Shown here in pieces: positions 58,454 through 64,000 of a DNA stretch of 64,000 bases. The translations under genes were made by a program, and so were the position numbers. The notes beneath the pieces were generated by a model. It searched no databases, was not told where the DNA came from, and was given only the letters and a program-made list of their open reading frames with translations. Position 1 is the stretch's first letter, and every line of letters begins with the position of its first letter. This DNA is from an uncultured Candidatus Actinomarina sp. (GTDB lineage: Bacteria; Actinomycetota; Acidimicrobiia; Actinomarinales; Actinomarinaceae), in contig CACPJC010000005.1 of the NCBI GenBank assembly GCA_902634185.1, positions 1 to 64,000 on the forward strand, given 5' to 3'.

Positions 58454-59209
58454 TTATTCATCTAATGTATTTTTATATTCTGGTTGTCTTTTTTCTACAA
58501 ATGCAGACATACCTTCCATCACATCAGTATGTACAAATCTGCTATTTTGATTGTCTGTTTCATTACTTAATGACTCATCAAAGTTTGTGTTTAAACCTTT
58601 TCTTATTTGATCTTTTATCATGCAGATTGATATAAAACTTTGCTTGTCAAGAAGGGCAACTAAATTCTCTAATTCACTATCTAAATCTGATTTCTCAACT
58701 AGTTTGTATAGAACTCCGTAGTCATTTAATATAGATCCGTTTATCTCAGAAGCAGTCATCATAAGCTCCTTTGCTTTTTGAACTCCAATTATTCTTGGTA
58801 GGATCCACGAACCACTAAAATCTACGACTAAACCTCTTCTTGCAAATACTTCGATAAATCTTGTTTCAGGTGTAGCAATAATGAAATCACTAAGCAAGAT
58901 CATGTTTGAGGCAGCACCTGCGCAAACACCATCTACAACAGCAATCACAGGCTTTTTACATTCCCATAACATTTTTGAAGCTTCGGATACATCTTCCATA
59001 GATGCATTTAAATTTTCAGCTAATTGGGCACCGGAAGAGAAATTGTCATTAACTCTGTTTAAAACCAAATATTTTGTGTCACTTTTTTCAAATTCTTTAA
59101 TTTTCACTTTTAATTCTTTCCAATCATCAGCAGATATAGAATTTGAGGTTTTTGGACTATTAAAAGAAATAACCAAGCAATTATTCGTTACGTTACTTTC
59201 TAAAACCAT
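58454..59209 (-). CDS. Enoyl-CoA hydratase/isomerase family protein
   Basis: FSSGA, KPVIAVVDG...G, F..RGL..D..G...LPRIIG...AKEL, EG..AF.EKR.P. Confidence 0.92.
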   Translation of the reverse strand: MVLESNVTNNCLVISFNSPKTSNSISADDWKELKVKIKEFEKSDTKYLVLNRVNDNFSSGAQLAENLNASMEDVSEASKMLWECKKPVIAVVDGVCAGAASNMILLSDFIIATPETRFIEVFARRGLVVDFSGSWILPRIIGVQKAKELMMTASEINGSILNDYGVLYKLVEKSDLDSELENLVALLDKQSFISICMIKDQIRKGLNTNFDESLSNETDNQNSRFVHTDVMEGMSAFVEKRQPEYKNTLDE

Positions 59210-59247
59210 AATATAAATATTAATCAGTTTTTATATAGAATGTAGAC

Positions 59248-59355
59248 ATGGGTTTTGATCCAAATAAACCATATAAAGCTAACAAAGTAGATTATGCAAA
59301 TATCATTTTTGCGTTAATTATCACCCTTGCGGTTGTTGCGTGGGCCCTAAGTTAA
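59248..59355 (+). CDS. Unannotated 35-aa single-pass membrane peptide
   Basis: MGFDPNKPYKANKVDYANIIFALIITLAVVAWALS; TAGAAT -10 6 nt before the ATG; below the ORF-track length cutoff. Confidence 0.65.
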   Translation: MGFDPNKPYKANKVDYANIIFALIITLAVVAWALS

Positions 59356-59923
59356 AAGAAAGCCTATGTATATCACATACTCCATATTTTTGAATCATAT
59401 TTAAATGTTCTCTTGTTCCGTAACCTTTATTTTTTTCAAATAAGTATTGGGGGTATTTTGATCCAAAATCAACCATTAAATTATCTCTATAGACCTTTGC
59501 AATAATACTTGCCAGCGCAATGGAGTAACTATTATCTTCTCCCCGAACCAGTGATATAGAACCAAATTTATCTATTTTGAAATGATCAACATAGACTTTG
59601 TCTGATTTCTGATACAACTTTTTGATAGAATTAAACAACACTTCTTTGTTTGAAACGGAAATTCCATTTTGGTCAATATGTAAATTTGAACATTCTGAAA
59701 TAGAATATTCGATCTTATTATCTTTTACCCTTTCATAAATTTCTTCTCTTTTTTTAGGAGATAATTTTTTAGAATCTTTTACATCCTTTAACAAATCTAA
59801 ATGTTGAAATTCAAGCTTTACGGCAGCTCCAACAATAGGCCCAGCTAACGAACCACGACCAACTTCGTCAACGCCGATAATTCTTTGATTTTTATTTTTA
59901 GCCCAATTTTGATCTTCAATCAT
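59321..59923 (-). CDS. rnhB: Ribonuclease HII
   Basis: GVDEVGRG.LAGP, DSKKL, SIALASIIAKV.RD, NKGYGT..H, HR.SF. Confidence 0.96.
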   Translation of the reverse strand: MIEDQNWAKNKNQRIIGVDEVGRGSLAGPIVGAAVKLEFQHLDLLKDVKDSKKLSPKKREEIYERVKDNKIEYSISECSNLHIDQNGISVSNKEVLFNSIKKLYQKSDKVYVDHFKIDKFGSISLVRGEDNSYSIALASIIAKVYRDNLMVDFGSKYPQYLFEKNKGYGTREHLNMIQKYGVCDIHRLSFNLGPTQQPQG

Positions 59924-60506
59924 TTAAATTCTTGAATTCACTGAACGGATATATTTTTAAATAAGCTTTACCAATTATTCTCTCCCTTGAGATAGGACCA
60001 AACATTCTCGAATCAAAACTGTTCTCTCTGTTGTCTCCTACAAGAAAATATTCATTTTCAGATAATTTAATGTCAAATATATCTCCGTTGTTTGTATTAT
60101 TTACATTTTGGATTTCTAACTCAATGTCATTTACAAAAATTGAACCATTACTTTCTATATTTATTTGATCACCAGGTGTACCTATTATTCGCTTAATATA
60201 TACCGTGGCTTGATCATTAACTTCATTTTGAGTTATTAAATTCCATACTTTTAAATTACTAACCAAAAGGTCGGTGCTTAATGGAATTGAGGACTGTGGA
60301 GCATAAAATACGACAATATCACCTATATTATATTCGTAATCAATAATCTCATCTTTTACAACTAGAACTCTATCGTCAATATTTATATTTGGGAACATTG
60401 ACAAACTTGGAATGAAATATATTTGAAATAAAAATGTTCTTAAAACAGTAGCTAGTACAAAGGCAGCTAATATAGTTGTGAAATTTTTAAGAAATTTAAT
60501 AATAAT
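59916..60506 (-). CDS. lepB: Signal peptidase I; start must be non-canonical (ATT at 60506, 60503 or 60500)
   Basis: The frame extends upstream of the track start through a TM helix and IPSLSM (catalytic Ser); YIKRIIG.PGD, GDNR.NSFDSR.FG; between rplS and rnhB. Confidence 0.92.
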   Translation of the reverse strand: MIIKFLKNFTTILAAFVLATVLRTFLFQIYFIPSLSMFPNINIDDRVLVVKDEIIDYEYNIGDIVVFYAPQSSIPLSTDLLVSNLKVWNLITQNEVNDQATVYIKRIIGTPGDQINIESNGSIFVNDIELEIQNVNNTNNGDIFDIKLSENEYFLVGDNRENSFDSRMFGPISRERIIGKAYLKIYPFSEFKNLND

Positions 60507-60517
60507 TTTATTTTACT

Positions 60518-60865
60518 TTAGGTAGTTCTGTCTTCTTTGATTTTTGCAGATTTTCCGATTCTATCTCTTAAATAATAAAGTTTTGATCTTCTTACTTTAC
60601 CTTTACGAGTAACCTCTATTGAATCAATAATTGGTGCATGTATTGGAAAAATTCTTTCAACACCAACTCCAAAGGAAAGCTTACGAACTGTTATCGTTTT
60701 GTTGACAGTAACACCTTTTAAAGAGATAACAACACCCTCATAGGTTTGAATTCTCTCTCTATTGCCCTCTGAAACTTTGACATTAACTTTTACAGTATCA
60801 CCAGCTTTGATATCCGGTAAATCTGTTTTCAGTTGATTGTTTTCAATTTCTTGTATTAAATTCAT
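60518..60865 (-). CDS. rplS: 50S ribosomal protein L19
   Basis: [40 protein letters not shown]. Confidence 0.98.
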   Translation of the reverse strand: MNLIQEIENNQLKTDLPDIKAGDTVKVNVKVSEGNRERIQTYEGVVISLKGVTVNKTITVRKLSFGVGVERIFPIHAPIIDSIEVTRKGKVRRSKLYYLRDRIGKSAKIKEDRTT

Positions 60866-60901
60866 GTTCCCTCAGATTGAAATTATAGATATAAAAAGAG
60901 T

Positions 60902-61540
60902 TTAAATGTCTTTTAAATTATTCTTTTTCCATTCTTCAATTCTTTTATGATCGCCAGATAGCAAAACTTCAGGAACATTGAGATTTTCATAAATTTCAGG
61001 TCTTGAATACACAGGAAAATCAGATTTGTTGTTTGTAAATGATTCATTTGTTAAAGATTCTGAATTCCCAAGAATTCCTGGAATTTTTCTTACTAGAGCT
61101 TCAATTAAAAACATTGCAGGAACCTCTCCACCAGATACAACAGTCTGTCCGATCGCAATTTCATAATCGCTATGCATTTCGATTATTCTTTGATCAAAGC
61201 CTTCATATCTTCCACAAATAATATTCGCTGATTCATATCCGTGAAGATCTTGTATCAAATCTTCATTTAATTGCTGTCCGCTTGGTGTTAAAAATATGTT
61301 GATATCTTTTTTAGATTCCTTAATTGCATTATCTAAAGGCTCAACCATTAATACCATACCTGGTCCTCCACCGTATGGAGCGTCATCCACTTGTTTATAA
61401 CTACCAATGCCATAATCTCTTAAATTTGTACTGCTAAATTCAAATAATTTTTCTTCAATACCATGGGAAAGAACGCCAACATTAATCCACTTTTGAAATA
61501 TCTCAGGGAATAAAGTAATAACGTTAAAGTTTGATAACAT
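60902..61540 (-). CDS. trmD: tRNA (guanine37-N1)-methyltransferase
   Basis: ITLFPE, VDDAPYGGGPGM, CGRYEGFD.R, SGGE, VPEVLLSGDH. Confidence 0.97.
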   Translation of the reverse strand: MLSNFNVITLFPEIFQKWINVGVLSHGIEEKLFEFSSTNLRDYGIGSYKQVDDAPYGGGPGMVLMVEPLDNAIKESKKDINIFLTPSGQQLNEDLIQDLHGYESANIICGRYEGFDQRIIEMHSDYEIAIGQTVVSGGEVPAMFLIEALVRKIPGILGNSESLTNESFTNNKSDFPVYSRPEIYENLNVPEVLLSGDHKRIEEWKKNNLKDI

Positions 61541-63395
61541 TCTCTAAATTTGAAATTGCAGACAAGCTCTTTTTTTCTGTATAAAGAGTATTTCTTAAAA
61601 AAGGCTTCTTATTACTTTTCTCAATAAGTTCAACAAATTCTAAATCGGTTGTGTGCTGACCGTGATCAGCACCTGAAGCTCTACTAATATTTTCATTGAT
61701 TAGTGTTCCACCAAGGTCATTTACACCTGCATGAAGTAGTTTAGAGGCACCATCGTGTCCCAGTTTTACCCAGCTTGCCTGAATATTATCGATTGAACCA
61801 TGAAAATAAATTCTTGCAAGAGCATGGATTAAAGTTACTTCATCCCAAGTAGGTCCTGGCATACTTTTTCCCTGAAGAAAAATTGGCGAACCCATGTGAA
61901 CAAAAGGCAATGGAACTATTTCAGTAAAGCCCTTAGTTCTCTTTTGAATCCTTTTAATTAAATCAAAATGATTGACCCAAGATTTTATATCATCAATGTG
62001 ACCAAACATAATTGTTGCTGTAGATTTAATTTCTAAAGAATGGGCCACTTCCATAACATATCCCCATTGTTCAGATGTAATTTTATCTGGACATAAATAT
62101 TTTCTTATTCTGTCATCAAGTATTTCAGCAGCTGTACCTGGTAGTGTATTTAATCCTGCATCCTTAAGTAAGATTAAATAATCTTCGATACTTAAATTTA
62201 TAGTCTCAGCACCCTGCCAAATTTCTAAAGGAGTAAATCCATGTATATGTAAATCAGGTACTTCTTTTTTTATCTGTTTTACAATTTCTAGATAAAATTT
62301 ACCCGTGTACTCAGGATGAATACCCCCTTGCAAGCATACTTCAGAAGCTCCGTCGTTAAATGCTTCAACACTTCGTTTCACAACTTCTTGTGGCTCTAAG
62401 TTGTATGGTTTTTCTTTCAAGTTAAGACTTTTTGGTCCTTTTGAGAATCCACAAAAGCCACACTTAAAATAGCATTGGTTTGTGTAATTAATATTACGAT
62501 TTTTGACAAAAGTTACATCATCTTTGTTAATTGAACGATTTAAATTATCTGCAACTTCTGCGATTTTGTTTATGTGCAAACCAGACGTTTTAAAAAGTTC
62601 TTCTAATTCATCATTATTTATCTCATTTCCCTCTTGGGCTTTAGATAAGATTTTTTCAAAATTAGTTGATTTGAAGGATGATGAAACATTATATGTTAAT
62701 CCATTTAGTTTAGGAATTTCCTTTCCAGAGCCTGGAGACCAATTTGCAGGAAATCGTTTGTACCCTCTTACATCTCGTAATTGTAAAAAATTAGTAAATT
62801 GAATTTTTGATAATAATTTCCGAGCTTTATTTACATCAACCAAAGAAAATAGTGTTCTCTCGAATAATTCGAAGTTTGTAGTATTTTTTAATTCTTTTAT
62901 CTCTCTATAACTCCAGTCTCTTAGCCAAAGATCTTGAACTCCTTTTGCCATAGATTCCTTTGCCTCCTCTATGGAGTTAACATATTTTGATATTTTAAAA
63001 TTAAGTGAAGGTTGAATACTCTTTAGAAATTTTATGTTTTCTAAATCTGTTAGAAGTACATAGGATGGATTTAATCTTGTAATTACTTCCATGTCATTTT
63101 CTAAAATATTAGAGGATCTATAAACTATCCTGTGGGAATCAACATCTTCAAATTCTTTCCAACTTTTGTAGGTTACAAACCACTGAAATGATTCATCAAG
63201 TTTACTGTCTGAAATCGTTTGGAAATCTTTTTTATGTATTTTTTCAAGATCAACGGGTTTGTCTATGTAAAAAGATGAAGTTCCCTCTTTTTTTCTTGAA
63301 TTTAAATAAATTTCATTATCTGAATCACACGGACGAATCCTCAGAAAAGATATGTTATTTTGTAAATTCATGTTCTTTTGGGTATCCATTTTCAT
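61524..63395 (-). CDS. cofH: FO synthase subunit CofH with an N-terminal degenerate CofG-like domain
   Basis: VTFVKNRNINYTNQCYFKCGFC, EVCLQGG, PGTAAEIL, TIMFGH, NIQASWVKLG, NDLGGTL..E.ISR; about 230 extra N-terminal aa. Confidence 0.9.
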   Translation of the reverse strand: MKMDTQKNMNLQNNISFLRIRPCDSDNEIYLNSRKKEGTSSFYIDKPVDLEKIHKKDFQTISDSKLDESFQWFVTYKSWKEFEDVDSHRIVYRSSNILENDMEVITRLNPSYVLLTDLENIKFLKSIQPSLNFKISKYVNSIEEAKESMAKGVQDLWLRDWSYREIKELKNTTNFELFERTLFSLVDVNKARKLLSKIQFTNFLQLRDVRGYKRFPANWSPGSGKEIPKLNGLTYNVSSSFKSTNFEKILSKAQEGNEINNDELEELFKTSGLHINKIAEVADNLNRSINKDDVTFVKNRNINYTNQCYFKCGFCGFSKGPKSLNLKEKPYNLEPQEVVKRSVEAFNDGASEVCLQGGIHPEYTGKFYLEIVKQIKKEVPDLHIHGFTPLEIWQGAETINLSIEDYLILLKDAGLNTLPGTAAEILDDRIRKYLCPDKITSEQWGYVMEVAHSLEIKSTATIMFGHIDDIKSWVNHFDLIKRIQKRTKGFTEIVPLPFVHMGSPIFLQGKSMPGPTWDEVTLIHALARIYFHGSIDNIQASWVKLGHDGASKLLHAGVNDLGGTLINENISRASGADHGQHTTDLEFVELIEKSNKKPFLRNTLYTEKKSLSAISNLENVIKL

Positions 63396-63999
63396 TAACT
63401 ACACTACTTACTTTTTCATAAATACTTGGACTTAACCAGTCTTTATTTATATACGAAGGATAGACAGGTAAACGAGGGATAAGATTTTGATCTGTTTGTT
63501 TAATTACATTTTTAAGTTCGATTAGATTTGGCCAATTATGATCTGGATTAACCCAATCAATTGTTTTTGGAGATATCCCTCCAAGATCATTTATTCCAGA
63601 TTTTAAAAATAATTCAATATTGCTTGCTAAATTTGGTGGTATCTGTAAAGAAATGTGATTTGGTAAAAATAACCGTGTTGTTGCAATAATTCTCATAAAT
63701 AAGTCGTTTACAATTTCTGAATGGTTCTTCATTAATGTATTTTGCTTTGCTCTGAAATTTTGAAGTATCACTTCCTGAATGGATGTATTTACTTTACAGG
63801 TTTGAATAAGTTGATATATGTCTTGAATGATTTCATTTTTGGTATCAGTAATTCCTAACAATAGACCAGTGGTCATTGGATATTTTTCACTCATTGCATT
63901 TTCAAGAGTTTCTAATCTTAAGTTTATATCTTTAGTTTTTGCCCCATAATGTGCTTTACCTTTTTGAGATAAGTTTTTTGAAAAGGATTCAAGCATTAA
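63355..63999 (-). CDS. cofG: FO synthase subunit CofG (5' part lies outside the window)
   Basis: TTGLLLGI, IQEVILQNFRAK..T.M, QIPPNL, GINDLGGISP.T.D.VNP...WP, RLPVYP; frame open to the window edge. Confidence 0.92.
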   Translation of the reverse strand, partial: LMLESFSKNLSQKGKAHYGAKTKDINLRLETLENAMSEKYPMTTGLLLGITDTKNEIIQDIYQLIQTCKVNTSIQEVILQNFRAKQNTLMKNHSEIVNDLFMRIIATTRLFLPNHISLQIPPNLASNIELFLKSGINDLGGISPKTIDWVNPDHNWPNLIELKNVIKQTDQNLIPRLPVYPSYINKDWLSPSIYEKVSSVVNENGYPKEHEFTK

Positions 64000-64000
64000 G

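Noticed and set aside
63355-63395. cofG/cofH overlap as a frameshifted single fbiC
   Set aside because: CofG looks complete at its C-terminus and the downstream ORF carries its own CofG-like remnant, so joining them would not restore a normal two-domain FbiC.
1-64000. CRISPR array, IS element, prophage or rRNA
   Set aside because: I saw no regularly spaced repeats, transposase, phage structural genes or rRNA-like sequence by eye.

Overview
A 64-kb, strongly AT-rich, gene-dense bacterial chromosome segment with very short intergenic spacers. Gene content and order (nrdR-LysM-lexA, dapF-miaA-miaB-recA-cinA-ftsK-dapA-dapB, pnp-rpsO-ribF-truB-nrnA-rbfA-infB-nusA-rimP-proS-ispG-rseP-cdsA-frr-pyrH-tsf-rpsB-xerC, rnhB-lepB-rplS-trmD, F420 genes, GAAC-N4-GTTC SOS boxes) point to a streamlined actinobacterium, plausibly marine Acidimicrobiia such as Ca. 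Actinomarina (inference). There are three tRNAs (Val-GAC, Cys-GCA, Gly-GCC), and I saw no CRISPR array, rRNA or IS element. An accessory-looking block at about 18.2-39.1 kb holds most of the unusual genes. Main observations: (1) a thioredoxin/TlpA-like lipoprotein split by an in-frame UGA in a UxxC motif with a SECIS-like hairpin, a probable selenoprotein; (2) a divergent umuC / UmuDAb-like cassette with its own 28-bp palindromic operator beside a canonical LexA system; (3) a MoxR-type AAA+ ATPase with reciprocally swapped Walker A/B residues (GKD / SE) paired with an HExxH-vWA protein; (4) an FO synthase made of a separate CofG plus a pseudo-CofG-CofH fusion; (5) lepB and a Ddn-family gene that apparently need ATT/ATC start codons; (6) widespread leaderless promoter architecture; and an unannotated 35-aa membrane peptide. 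All family assignments come from recognising motifs by eye; no searches were run.
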